Assembly (NCBI GenBank): GCA_965140445.1
Contig: OZ223236.1
Span: forward strand, 2,240,001 to 2,304,000
Length of the DNA stretch: 64,000 nucleotides
Source: Candidatus Ozemobacteraceae bacterium
GTDB taxonomy: Bacteria; Muiribacteriota; Ozemobacteria; Ozemobacterales; Ozemobacteraceae
Direction of reading: 5' to 3'
Shown: piece after piece, positions 20,840 to 30,685 of the stretch
Position numbering within the stretch: the first letter of the stretch is position 1
Layout: every line of letters starts with the position of its first letter
Notes under the pieces: model-generated
Told to the model about the DNA's origin: nothing
Seen by the model: the letters and a program-made list of their open reading frames with translations, nothing else
Database searches by the model: none
Translations under genes and position numbers: made by a program

Positions 20840-21484
20840 GTGATAAAGAAGCATCTTGCAAAGCTGATTCTAGCTATATGTATTTTTTCCTGTTGTTCAG
20901 CCGAGCTTTGCGCATGTGATGAGTTAGTGCATTTGTGGCAGCCTCTTAAGGATGCCACAAATGCTTCGTTTGTTTCTTCTTTATCAGGTGATATTTTATG
21001 GAGAAAAATCGAAACATTTTGCAAATCAGTTGACGGGAAAATTAGCATAGTCATCAACTCGGGAAAACATGAAAAACTTGCCCTGGATATGCTTTCAGAT
21101 GTAGCTTCCAGGACACAAATAGTTGCTTCCGGGGCAAATAAAGAAAACATATTTCCACGGCTTGAGATTGCTGTTCCAGATGCCAGATCAGATATGAAAA
21201 TGCTGGTTGATATGGTATGTTATTTTGGAATTACAGTTCGGGCATCGATATACAATGAATCTCTTGTGAGATACTGCTTTTTGGGACCAAAAAATAAACT
21301 GGTGTCTATTGACGAATTACCTTTAAAAGTTGGTCTGGAAATAGATTGGGTATATACAGGGAATTTTTTGTGCGGAGGGATTTGTGTACACCGGGTAGCA
21401 ATATTTGATGGAACACAGGTTAATAGCTTTACTCTTTGGACCAAGACCGATCTAGATAAGATCGCAAATAAACAAAATGAATAA
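20840..21484 (+). CDS. Hypothetical exported protein/possible lipoprotein, paralog of 31450..32157
   Basis: Signal-like N-terminus then ACDELVHLWQPLK (compare ACDDYYLQWSKLK); shared F..R...V.[YF]....KLV block. Confidence 0.6.
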   Translation: MIKKHLAKLILAICIFSCCSAELCACDELVHLWQPLKDATNASFVSSLSGDILWRKIETFCKSVDGKISIVINSGKHEKLALDMLSDVASRTQIVASGANKENIFPRLEIAVPDARSDMKMLVDMVCYFGITVRASIYNESLVRYCFLGPKNKLVSIDELPLKVGLEIDWVYTGNFLCGGICVHRVAIFDGTQVNSFTLWTKTDLDKIANKQNE

Positions 21485-22037
21485 TCTTTGTCTAAATAAA
21501 AAATCAGGACTTACGCTAACCGAAATAATGTTGGCTACTATTTTGCTCGCCCTGGCAATTCTTCCCATTGTTGGGATTTTTAGTCAGGGTCATAAGATGA
21601 CGCAAAAGGATATGAGAAGAATTGAGGCTATACATTTTGCTGAATCAACAATGAACAAGCTGTTAAAGTTGCCTTTTGCGCAGGTTCCTGTTGGTCTAAA
21701 GAATGCGAATCTTGTAGCTGCAAGTGGCACAGTTCCTCTTGGAAATGTTACTGGAACTGGGAATTCTGCATTTGCGATAAGCTTAAACGTGACCAATTTC
21801 CCCGTTTCATACTCATATTGTCCAGTTGACATTAATGACCCAGGCTATGACCCTGATAAGAGTGAAACCTGGGTGTTTCTGCCCCCGACTCAAGAAGGAT
21901 CTGTTTTCGACGGTTCAAGTAAGTTTTGTCCCTTTATGGTAAAGCAATATGAGGTAACTGTTAGCTGGCAGGAAAGCAATGGTGTAACTCCTGCTCCGGT
22001 TAGCTTATTAAGCTTGAAAGCAAATCTCGAAGAGTAG
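21477..22037 (+). CDS. Type IV pilin-like protein (PilV/GspI-like minor pilin)
   Basis: Class III signal KKSG|LTLTEIMLATILLALAILPIVGIF; C-terminal VTVSWQE. Confidence 0.85.
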   Translation: MNNLCLNKKSGLTLTEIMLATILLALAILPIVGIFSQGHKMTQKDMRRIEAIHFAESTMNKLLKLPFAQVPVGLKNANLVAASGTVPLGNVTGTGNSAFAISLNVTNFPVSYSYCPVDINDPGYDPDKSETWVFLPPTQEGSVFDGSSKFCPFMVKQYEVTVSWQESNGVTPAPVSLLSLKANLEE

Positions 22038-22045
22038 AGCGAATT

Positions 22046-22501
22046 ATGAATAATAATAGAAAAGGAATTGCAGTGGTTATAGTGCTTGTTTTGACAACCA
22101 TGCTTTTAGCTCTGGCTGGTTCATATATTCAACGTTCAAGAACGGCGTCCCCAATAAATGGAAAAGTTTTAGAAAGGGTTCAGGCCGATTTTTGGGGACA
22201 GGGAATTGCCCAGCTTGCCCTGTTAAAATTTAAGCAACTTCCATCTGATTTTTATTTTGCTTATAATTTTTCTGTTCGAGATAAGAGGTTGGCAGTTCCA
22301 GATCCATGGTCTACTTTTCTACTTAGTCCTTTGCAAGGGCATAGAAATACCCCATTTCCGCTAGACTATACAACAAATTGCCGAATTTTAGGGCAAACCA
22401 GATACAAGACAGACTCTATTGAGTTTGAGGTTATTCTTGAAGGTGAAAATCTTCGAAGAAGTGTTAAGCAGACCATTAATTCAACACGGATAAAAAACTG
22501 A
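22046..22501 (+). CDS. PilX/GspK-like minor pilin (no Glu5)
   Basis: NRKG|IAVVIVLVLTTMLLALAG; lacks E5, as in the PilX/GspK class. Confidence 0.75.
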   Translation: MNNNRKGIAVVIVLVLTTMLLALAGSYIQRSRTASPINGKVLERVQADFWGQGIAQLALLKFKQLPSDFYFAYNFSVRDKRLAVPDPWSTFLLSPLQGHRNTPFPLDYTTNCRILGQTRYKTDSIEFEVILEGENLRRSVKQTINSTRIKN

Positions 22502-23253
22502 TGAACTCGAAAAAAGCCTATACACTAGTAGAGATACTTGTCGCTGCCGGGATTCTGGCAATGTTTATGCTTTCTGCATTTATGATTTTTAGACAGTTGA
22601 CTATGACTTATAGGGCCAGCGAATGGAAGGCTTCTCGCCAGAAAGAACTACAGATATTTTTGCAAACCTTGAAAGAAGATTTGGAAAAGGCTAATAGCGC
22701 TTATGTTATTCAAGCAAATGGTGAAGCGAGCAGGATTGATCCCGAAATAAATGTATCTGTAAATTCTCCAGCATTTAATAGTGATGAAACTGGCACCAAT
22801 GATTTAAAAAGCACCGCTGGAAATCAACCTGTGGCATATTTTGCAATTATTAAGCCTGGTGTTGAATTTTCTGAGTTTAGTAACCAGACGAGTGGTAGCT
22901 GGCAAGGCTGCTCATTGGTTCTAACAAAAAGAACTTTGACCTATCAGAGAACGGGCGATCAGACTCGGCATACAAACAATCCCATTCCCATTCCCGGGGC
23001 AGTTTCAACTTTGCCTGGTTCAGGTGTTTCTGCGGGCGGATTGTTTGAACCAAACTTGAGTAATGACTTTTTAAAGACAGTCCAGGATGTTTCGGAAATT
23101 GCTTTTTACTTGATTGAGAATGGTGAAAAAAGGGCATTAAAAGTTGTGGTTACTTGTCAGTTGCAAAAGAGTGGATTACCTTCAAGTATTGTTATGGAAT
23201 CTACAATAGCCAAACTAATGAAAGATACCAAGGTTGTATCGACTGCAATGTAG
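22501..23253 (+). CDS. Type IV pilin-like protein (PilW/GspJ-like)
   Basis: KKA|YTLVEILVAAGILAMFML; L..LKEDLEKA helix. Confidence 0.85.
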   Translation: MNSKKAYTLVEILVAAGILAMFMLSAFMIFRQLTMTYRASEWKASRQKELQIFLQTLKEDLEKANSAYVIQANGEASRIDPEINVSVNSPAFNSDETGTNDLKSTAGNQPVAYFAIIKPGVEFSEFSNQTSGSWQGCSLVLTKRTLTYQRTGDQTRHTNNPIPIPGAVSTLPGSGVSAGGLFEPNLSNDFLKTVQDVSEIAFYLIENGEKRALKVVVTCQLQKSGLPSSIVMESTIAKLMKDTKVVSTAM

Positions 23254-23668
23254 TGGGTTGTCACAAGATCCTAAAAAATCTTTTTACATAGTTCTATTTT
23301 TTACTTTCAATTTTTCAGAGAAAGTTTTTTTCTTTTTCAACCATTTATGAGGCAAAAAAAAATCATTGTAGAAAATAGATTGTTTTTTTAGCTATTAAAA
23401 CGAGTTAAATTATTTTTACAAGCTCCTAAAAGCGTAAAATTCATTTTGAAACAGGTTAGTATTGGTAATTCACCGTAATCTCGAATGCTTTACAAAACTT
23501 TAAAGCTTCAGTGAAGATAAATTTGTAAAAAAAATGTTACTAATAATTCTCTCAAACTTAGAAATAGAGAGGGTTGACGGGTTGACCGAAGCATTTATTC
23601 CTGTTAGGCTTTAAGTAAGAAAAAGTATTTTGTAAAAATTGGGGACTGTGTATCTAAATTAAGTTTGA

Positions 23669-24451
23669 ATGGTGGCACATATGTACAGGGGTTTGAAGGT
23701 TTTAATTTTATTTTTGGGAATGTTTGCTTTGCTAAGTTTGCCGTTAAATGCAGCTTCAAAGCCAAAGTTTTCGGGTTTGATACTTGTAGATACAAGACAA
23801 ATGCTTCTTGCGCATCCATTATTCGGTAAGTTTGACCCAAAAACCAGAAGGTTCACTGGGACGAGATCTGAACCTACAAATGGTTTGGCTGGTAGGAGAA
23901 TGATAAAAGCCGAGTTAGATAGCAATCTGAAGGCTTTTGAAAACTTTAAATCAGTGTGGGCAGAAAGACTTCAAAATACTGCCGGGTCACAAAGAAAAAA
24001 ACTGGAGGCCATTTTTCTCAAGGAAAAAACCAGAAAAGAATCCGCTATAAGCGAGTTGCGTCAAAGATATTGGGCAGTTGCTTCATATCCTGGCAGGGAA
24101 GGCCTAACCGAGCCTGGTTCGATTGTGAGCCAGGTTTTTAGCATTTCAAATGATATTCGGGATGTGTTAGTTAAATTGAGGAACAGATACAAGGCCGAAG
24201 CTGTAATAGATGTTTCAAGCCTGCTGCCTCCAGCCCCTGAAAAATATAATGTTGAGCTGGTTCAAAGCAATGCAATGGCTGTATTATTTGCAGGAAGAAA
24301 ATATAACGGAAATATTAATGAGTGGGTTGCTGAAGCCCGCAAATATTGGATGAATCATGGAAATCTTTGGAATCCGTTCATTATTGGAACTGAGGATCGA
24401 AGAAAAGAGGCTGTTGACGAATTAGAGCGGTTTACCCGGGGGAAATATTAA
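23669..24451 (+). CDS. Secreted Skp/OmpH-like protein A2
   Basis: Signal peptide; LILVDTRQMLLAHPLFGKFDPKTRRF; coiled coil; AEAVIDVSS. Confidence 0.7.
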   Translation: MVAHMYRGLKVLILFLGMFALLSLPLNAASKPKFSGLILVDTRQMLLAHPLFGKFDPKTRRFTGTRSEPTNGLAGRRMIKAELDSNLKAFENFKSVWAERLQNTAGSQRKKLEAIFLKEKTRKESAISELRQRYWAVASYPGREGLTEPGSIVSQVFSISNDIRDVLVKLRNRYKAEAVIDVSSLLPPAPEKYNVELVQSNAMAVLFAGRKYNGNINEWVAEARKYWMNHGNLWNPFIIGTEDRRKEAVDELERFTRGKY

Positions 24452-24452
24452 T

Positions 24453-25508
24453 ATGAGAATTAGAACTTCAATCACATCTTTAGTTATTCTTTTTACCTTG
24501 ATAAGTTGCTTCTGCTATGGTCAGGGCTGGGCAACAATTGATGCAAGATTGCTGATGATATTGCATCCGAGAATGGGTAATTTTGATTATTCCGCAGGTA
24601 GGTTTTTCAGACAGTCTTTTTCTGCTCAAAGAAATGCAAAACTTTACGAAGCTTTAAACAAAGCCACCATGGAAACCGAGCGTAATATGGCGGTTCTTAT
24701 TCGTAAGGAGCAAGCCCTGATAGATAAAAGAGCTGATTTGCTTATCGAAAGAGATACTACGATTAATGATCTTGCTGAAAAGGCTGCGAGTAGCACTTAT
24801 ATCATGAAAGGCAAATACGAACGCGTTGCTGAATATGAAAAGCGCTACGAAAAGAAAATGCAGGCTCTTGATGCTGAACTTGAAGCTCTGTATGCCCAGA
24901 TGGAAAATACCAGAGAGCAGGCTTATTCTCCTGTTTATTTAACAAAGCTGGAAACAACCAATCTTTTAATTGAGATTAAAAGGGAAATAAAACAGCTTAC
25001 TCAGGAAGTTGCTTCTGCTTATAGAATTGGTGTGGTTTTAGACAGCTCTTTCGGATTTCGCCCGGCTAAGAGTGAAACCAAGGATTCAACTGTTTTCTTA
25101 GAGAGCGAAGATTTTGATGTGCTTTCTTCAAGTCTTTTTCATGATTTAATAAGTTTAAAGGTTGATATGCCGCCAAATGTAAATGAAAAGGGAGCAACAC
25201 CAGAGCATGTTGCTTTGGGCAGTGCTTTTGGCAAGCAGGACATCTTAAAGAAAATAATGCAGCTGCGCTCTTATCTAACCCCATTTGCCATGGAATTTAC
25301 TCCAGGATCCATTTTTATTGTTGGTGGGAACGATATTACTGCTTATGTAGCGCAGAAAATTTTTGACCGGTATCAGATTCCACAGACTCTTAAAAATTCT
25401 TATCTAGCTGTTGTGAGGGACTTTTTAAATATCGAAAAGTCAAGCTATCAGGAAAGCCCTCCCAAATATCCAAACGAGGTTTACGAGGGGGTAAACAATG
25501 GAAATTAG
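24453..25508 (+). CDS. Secreted Skp/OmpH-like protein B2
   Basis: Signal peptide; WATIDARLLMILHPRM.NFD; long coiled coil; IGVVLDSS; GGNDITAYV. Confidence 0.7.
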   Translation: MRIRTSITSLVILFTLISCFCYGQGWATIDARLLMILHPRMGNFDYSAGRFFRQSFSAQRNAKLYEALNKATMETERNMAVLIRKEQALIDKRADLLIERDTTINDLAEKAASSTYIMKGKYERVAEYEKRYEKKMQALDAELEALYAQMENTREQAYSPVYLTKLETTNLLIEIKREIKQLTQEVASAYRIGVVLDSSFGFRPAKSETKDSTVFLESEDFDVLSSSLFHDLISLKVDMPPNVNEKGATPEHVALGSAFGKQDILKKIMQLRSYLTPFAMEFTPGSIFIVGGNDITAYVAQKIFDRYQIPQTLKNSYLAVVRDFLNIEKSSYQESPPKYPNEVYEGVNNGN

Positions 25509-28500
25509 GCGTTTTTATCTTAAAATTATTCTGTTAGCTCTATTTCTCGCAACTCCATTATTCTGTGGAGCAGATCTTCATCCGTTCTTTAAACAGAACG
25601 GCGACTGCTACCTACTTGTTGGAGAAGGCCCTCATCGTGGTGTTTATGCATTAAACAACTTAACAACCGGGGTTTCCAAAAAACTGTATGATCCTATGGA
25701 TGCATATGGCTTAACTGCTGCTCAGAACTATGCAGGCTCTGTTATTCAAAAATGGTTGTATACATTTTCCGGCACCAATACTGGCTGGGAAAACTTTACA
25801 GGAATGGCTGAAAGAAGAGTTGTTGCAAATGCAACTTGGAATACTTATGCTGCAAATGTTGTTCCGCCGTTTATTGTCCATAGGTGGCATGGTTCTCCTT
25901 TTAACAGCCCCACCGGAAGGGGGAATCACCCACAAAGCACTTTGAATTGGAAGTTTGGTGGATTTGACTATCCTTGTTCTCAGGTCCCGGCAGCAGTGTC
26001 TGGAAAGCCTGGATATTACAAGGTCCAGATGGGTAAATTCTATCACGCCATGGATCGCCCGGTTAAGAGCCCATACGCATATGGTGGGTATTATGGACCG
26101 GGTTATTGGGTTCATTGGGTTGTTCGTGAAAATTCTCTGGTTAAATATAGAGATTTGAAATTGTATGAATACAATGTTACAAGCAAATCCGGTCCAATAG
26201 CAAAATCCAGTTTGCCAAGAGTTAAGATTGAAGAGAAACTCACTCTTGATAAACGTGGAGAGTGCGTTGATGGTTGTATCTCGCAGTCAGATGGTGAGGT
26301 TTTACCAGGTGGTATGACTCCATATCTTGATACGGCTTATGCTTCAAGTATCAGTAAATCTTATCTTTATAGCAGAGAGCCAAATAAAACTGATTACACT
26401 CTTCATGGATACATTTCCGGAAAAGACATTTTAATTGGTAACCCTTCCGATTTAACTACAAAGTTTATTGGAGTCAGTTCAACAAAATACTCGAATTCAA
26501 GTTATCTGTATTGTCTCGGAAAATCAGTTGTGAACAAGTGGATGACTGATGCCGCAGCACCTCCCGGTATGCTTGTAACTGACATTAGCGATTTGGCAGT
26601 TTCTGACCAATGGTGGCAAACTGGCGGGATCGTTTATGCATACGACAAAACTAAGCGTAAAGTTTACAAGTTTGTGCGAAGAGAAGGTTTTGTATCAGGG
26701 GTTCCAGAAGAAATTAGCGTTAATGACGATGGAATTGCACCGGATTCTATTGGAGTTGATGGTTTCGGACATTTATACCTCGTAAAAACCTCTTTCGAAC
26801 CTTTAAAAGCGGTTGATTTCAAACCAAAAGATGCATATCTGGTTGAAGTTAATCCAAAATGGCCTGGTATGTTCAGAGCTTATTTCAAGCAAAATGTTTA
26901 TAAGTCTGTTTATAAGCGAGATTACTATACCAAGAACATAAGTCAGATCCCTGGGAAACTTTTACTCGGATCTAACAAGTTTTACCGTGATTTCAGCGCA
27001 ACGGTTCAGAGCGACTATTCAACCTGGAAATGGCTGGCTGCAGCTGTTCAATACGGACCAGTGGTTCAAACCGAATATAAGACTGAATTGGCTGTAATCA
27101 ACAGTGCTACACCACCTGAAGTTACTAACACAGATGCTGTTTGTGATGTGGTCGGCCCCATGAAGATCAGCGGTACAAGCGTTATCTATGAAGCTAAGCC
27201 AGAATATGCTGAAGACGAATTCTATGTTTTTGACGTGGAAAACAGTCCTGACTTTGACGTTAACGGAGTTAACACTGGTAACTATGGAGATGACGTAGAT
27301 GGAGATTTGAGAATTGGTCGCTTTCCATCAACAACCCATGAGCCTTCAGTTCTTTATTACTGGAAAATCATTCAGTTGAAGGATAGATTCGGAAATGAAG
27401 TTTTCAATGAAGTAATGAACCAGGAAAAAGATGGAACTCCAGGAGATTACAGACTTGTAAAATCTTTCCCTGGCGGCGAATACAAAGTTGGGGTAAAAAC
27501 CAAATATAAGTATTACGATTACAACCTTCTTAAACCAGGAGACATGTCAGATAAAAAAGATACTGTTCTTACGGGTTACAAAATAGCTACCGGCGAAGAT
27601 ACTGATGGTTACTCCTGGGTATCTTTCAAGGTCAAATATTATCCACCACCAGCAGATCCTAAGGGTGAGGGCGTAATTATGACTGGTAAGCCAAAAACGG
27701 CTTCTACATATGATTACAGACCTACTTCAAGCCATGCTCAATACCACAATTATAGCTGGACTGATCCAACACCTACAAAGCCAGTTTATCCAAAATTTGT
27801 AATCAAAGAAGGCGTCTCTAATTGGTCATTCAAAATTAGAGAGTCTTTAACCAATCTTCAAGCTGGAATAGATCGTATTGCTAATATGAAGCTTGCCATT
27901 CCTCCTCATCCAAATCCAGGAGATCCTAAAATTGTACCCGGTTCGATCAAGTGGATCGGAGATTCTCCAAGTTATTCTTATACCTCTGATATCAAGTGGA
28001 TCAATGGCGAAGGGATGAACGTCAGAATTGATACCAACAGGGAGTATATTACAGCTGGAGAAATTGCAAAACTATTCAGAGTTCCTTCCCAGCCTCAAAC
28101 TTATAAGTTGACGGTAAAAGGAAGTAGAGCCTATGAATACAAGCAGTTTATTTATGACTTCAAAAAGAACGAGTGGAAAGACATAAATATTCCAAAAGTA
28201 ATTTCAATCGAAGCAACAGCCTATGTTTATGTAACTGATGAAACTGGGCCAGCAATCAAATTCAATAACCCGTATTATGATGCGACTTCACCAAAACCGG
28301 GCATTGAAGCAGAAAGCCCGGCTTTCTTCTGTTCAACTGGCGTATTGTGGGGAACCACAGGTGAGCACCTGACAAAAACTGATGGTAAGACCAATCCTGC
28401 CACAATTGAGTTTATTGTTGCTGATAACAACCCCAATGCATTTGCGCCAACAGGGACATATAAGGATCAGTTCTTTAATGAAAACGTAATGTCTCATAAT

Positions 28501-29577
28501 ACAATTAATATTCACGGAAGGTATTTTTATACATTGGCCAGTGGTGGTCTAATGCCATGCGGAACGGAAAAAACTCACTCAACTATATGGAATTATTACA
28601 AGAGTAACGCTTTTTCGAATCCACAGATTAACAAAGATCCGTATAAGCTGTTTGCAACGAATTTAACCAAAACAACTTTCGAAGGTACTGCATGGTTGTC
28701 TACTGCAAATAAGAAAAAGTTCAATCCATCTTTTTCTTATAGAAAATATTCAATCAAAGTTGCGGATATAAATCATTATTCAATTCCTGATCCAGCGAAG
28801 CCTACCACTTATTCTGGGGAAATGGCTTATAACTACGCCAATAACCAGTCTGGATATAAAAATCTCGAATTTGGTTTGTTCTGGATGGAACCAAACGGAA
28901 TGAAGTGGAGCACTGGAAGCTTCTGTAAAGGCGGAGAGCTTGTTGTCAGAGATAACGATAGACCTAACATCTTTGTTAAGATGGTCGACACTAAATACGA
29001 TGATAGAGAATATGTTGGGCCTGGAAAATTGAATCCATCTGCCTGGGGAGCATGGAAGAATCTTGCTCTAAAAACTGGAAAAAGTGAAAACAGGGGCGGA
29101 GTTGAAAGCTGGACCACAGATGTAATCAGCGGAATATACAAAACAATGAATCCTGCTTTTTCATATGTTTACTCTGCAAATGCAACTAACAAGTTTGCTC
29201 AGACCGGTGACACTGACAAACTGTTGATTGAACCAGGTCTGGAAGTTGATGTCCCTGCTTTCTTTAATGCAATTGTCTTCGACAATACTACTGGAAATCC
29301 TGCAATCAAGGAATTTTCTATTCGCGCAAAAGATGCTTTAGCCGGTAGCGAGAGTGTCTTTAAAACCGATGATAAAATAAAGTATCTGTTCCGTGATCCA
29401 GGAGAATACAGAGTAAAATTAGTTGTGGAAGACAATGCATTAGGTTGGCCAGCAGACTATCTGAAGCCAACGATTGCTTCTAGTGAAGTTAACAAAAGAA
29501 TACTTGAGCTAATTTTAAAAGTATACGCAACTAAACTTGATGTTAGAATACTTGAAAGAAAACGTGAAGGTATGTAA
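25498..29577 (+). CDS. Giant secreted beta-rich protein (1359 aa), putative pilus-tip adhesin
   Basis: Signal peptide; many blocks shared with 16669..20835 (AVSDQWWQTGGIVYAYDKT, IGRFPSTT, LWGTTGE, VVRDNDRP); PKD-like FRDPGEYRVKLVVED. Confidence 0.7.
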   Translation: MEIRRFYLKIILLALFLATPLFCGADLHPFFKQNGDCYLLVGEGPHRGVYALNNLTTGVSKKLYDPMDAYGLTAAQNYAGSVIQKWLYTFSGTNTGWENFTGMAERRVVANATWNTYAANVVPPFIVHRWHGSPFNSPTGRGNHPQSTLNWKFGGFDYPCSQVPAAVSGKPGYYKVQMGKFYHAMDRPVKSPYAYGGYYGPGYWVHWVVRENSLVKYRDLKLYEYNVTSKSGPIAKSSLPRVKIEEKLTLDKRGECVDGCISQSDGEVLPGGMTPYLDTAYASSISKSYLYSREPNKTDYTLHGYISGKDILIGNPSDLTTKFIGVSSTKYSNSSYLYCLGKSVVNKWMTDAAAPPGMLVTDISDLAVSDQWWQTGGIVYAYDKTKRKVYKFVRREGFVSGVPEEISVNDDGIAPDSIGVDGFGHLYLVKTSFEPLKAVDFKPKDAYLVEVNPKWPGMFRAYFKQNVYKSVYKRDYYTKNISQIPGKLLLGSNKFYRDFSATVQSDYSTWKWLAAAVQYGPVVQTEYKTELAVINSATPPEVTNTDAVCDVVGPMKISGTSVIYEAKPEYAEDEFYVFDVENSPDFDVNGVNTGNYGDDVDGDLRIGRFPSTTHEPSVLYYWKIIQLKDRFGNEVFNEVMNQEKDGTPGDYRLVKSFPGGEYKVGVKTKYKYYDYNLLKPGDMSDKKDTVLTGYKIATGEDTDGYSWVSFKVKYYPPPADPKGEGVIMTGKPKTASTYDYRPTSSHAQYHNYSWTDPTPTKPVYPKFVIKEGVSNWSFKIRESLTNLQAGIDRIANMKLAIPPHPNPGDPKIVPGSIKWIGDSPSYSYTSDIKWINGEGMNVRIDTNREYITAGEIAKLFRVPSQPQTYKLTVKGSRAYEYKQFIYDFKKNEWKDINIPKVISIEATAYVYVTDETGPAIKFNNPYYDATSPKPGIEAESPAFFCSTGVLWGTTGEHLTKTDGKTNPATIEFIVADNNPNAFAPTGTYKDQFFNENVMSHNTINIHGRYFYTLASGGLMPCGTEKTHSTIWNYYKSNAFSNPQINKDPYKLFATNLTKTTFEGTAWLSTANKKKFNPSFSYRKYSIKVADINHYSIPDPAKPTTYSGEMAYNYANNQSGYKNLEFGLFWMEPNGMKWSTGSFCKGGELVVRDNDRPNIFVKMVDTKYDDREYVGPGKLNPSAWGAWKNLALKTGKSENRGGVESWTTDVISGIYKTMNPAFSYVYSANATNKFAQTGDTDKLLIEPGLEVDVPAFFNAIVFDNTTGNPAIKEFSIRAKDALAGSESVFKTDDKIKYLFRDPGEYRVKLVVEDNALGWPADYLKPTIASSEVNKRILELILKVYATKLDVRILERKREGM

Positions 29578-29592
29578 TTGCAAGGTATAAAT

Positions 29593-30168
29593 ATGAGAAA
29601 AAGGAAATCAGGTCTGTCTCTGGTAGAAATAATGATGGCATTCGCTATTCTTGTGATGTCAACTTTGTCTATCTCAGGCTTGATTAGTTTCGGACACCGA
29701 GGTACCCAGAAAGACTTCAGAAATGTATTGGCGATTCAGCTTCTTGAAGAGAGGCTGAATCGCCTTTTGTCCGTTCCATATCTAAAGATTGATCTTGAGG
29801 CTATGGGTGGAGCGACAACCAAAGTCATTGATAAAAAGGTTTTTGATGGAACTACTTACGAGATGGAATTTGGGAATGTAAAGGTTGATAAAGCCACTTA
29901 CAACGTGGTTGCTAACCTTGCAAAGATCCCGGTTACACTAGGGGTAAGACCTTTTGAGATCACAGATGACTACACCTATGCAGATGTTGAATCGTATCGA
30001 TTTGGAGCGGATGTTGATACCAATTTGGCTCGTTTTGACGGATCTCATCCTACTAAGCATCCTTATCGAGTTATAAAAGTCCATGTTCAGGTAACTTGGA
30101 TTGAGCCGGTGGTAAATGTTCGTAGAAGAGTTGATGCAGTAAGTTTTATTGTGGACCTGGAGGGATGA
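29593..30168 (+). CDS. Type IV pilin-like protein (PilV/GspI-like)
   Basis: MRKRKSG|LSLVEIMMAFAILVM; TQKD.R shared with the 21477 paralog; VQVTWIE. Confidence 0.85.
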   Translation: MRKRKSGLSLVEIMMAFAILVMSTLSISGLISFGHRGTQKDFRNVLAIQLLEERLNRLLSVPYLKIDLEAMGGATTKVIDKKVFDGTTYEMEFGNVKVDKATYNVVANLAKIPVTLGVRPFEITDDYTYADVESYRFGADVDTNLARFDGSHPTKHPYRVIKVHVQVTWIEPVVNVRRRVDAVSFIVDLEG

Positions 30169-30680
30169 TGATACAGAATAACAGAAAAGGTATAGCTATC
30201 GTCATCGTTCTGGCATTGTCTAGTTTTCTTTTGATTCTTGGCCTGGCATATGTAAAAAACGTAACGACAATTTCTACTACCAACCCAAAGAGGCTGAAAC
30301 AGATTCAATCTGATTTCTTTGCCCAAGGTATTCAGAAAATAGCACTTCTTAAATTTAAGGCTTTGCCAGCTGATTTTTACCACGCATATCGTTATAAGGT
30401 TGAAGATGAGAAGTTGCCTAGAAGCTTAACTTTACCCGTCCTCATGCCAAAACCATTTTCTGATTTTTTAGGACCCGCAAATTCAATTTTACAAGGAGAT
30501 TTAAGCTTAGCTACCCCTTCTCCAATTCTTAATTATACAACTGAATATAGGGTTAGTTCGTCTAAAAAATTTGATAGAGATATGGTTGAGGTGTTAGTAA
30601 ATGTTCAAATGGAAGATTTTACCCAGAGCTACAATATCACCATAGATGCAAGTCGCTCGCTTATTTTGCCTGCTCCATAA
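30165..30680 (+). CDS. PilX/GspK-like minor pilin
   Basis: NRKG|IAIVIVLAL; QSDFFAQGIQKIALLKFKALPADFY matches QADFWGQGIAQLALLKFKQLPSDFY in the 22046 paralog. Confidence 0.75.
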   Translation: MMIQNNRKGIAIVIVLALSSFLLILGLAYVKNVTTISTTNPKRLKQIQSDFFAQGIQKIALLKFKALPADFYHAYRYKVEDEKLPRSLTLPVLMPKPFSDFLGPANSILQGDLSLATPSPILNYTTEYRVSSSKKFDRDMVEVLVNVQMEDFTQSYNITIDASRSLILPAP

Positions 30681-30685
30681 AAAAG

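Noticed and set aside
23254..23668. Riboswitch (e.g. c-di-GMP) or repeat in the inter-cassette spacer; GGGTTGAC twice at about 23571-23587
   Set aside because: AT-rich with no recognisable aptamer; a two-copy 8-mer is too weak to call.
16669..29577. Diversity-generating retroelement or recombinational shufflon acting on the paralogs
   Set aside because: No reverse transcriptase or recombinase nearby; differences in shared blocks are synonymous third-position changes, not adenine-specific.
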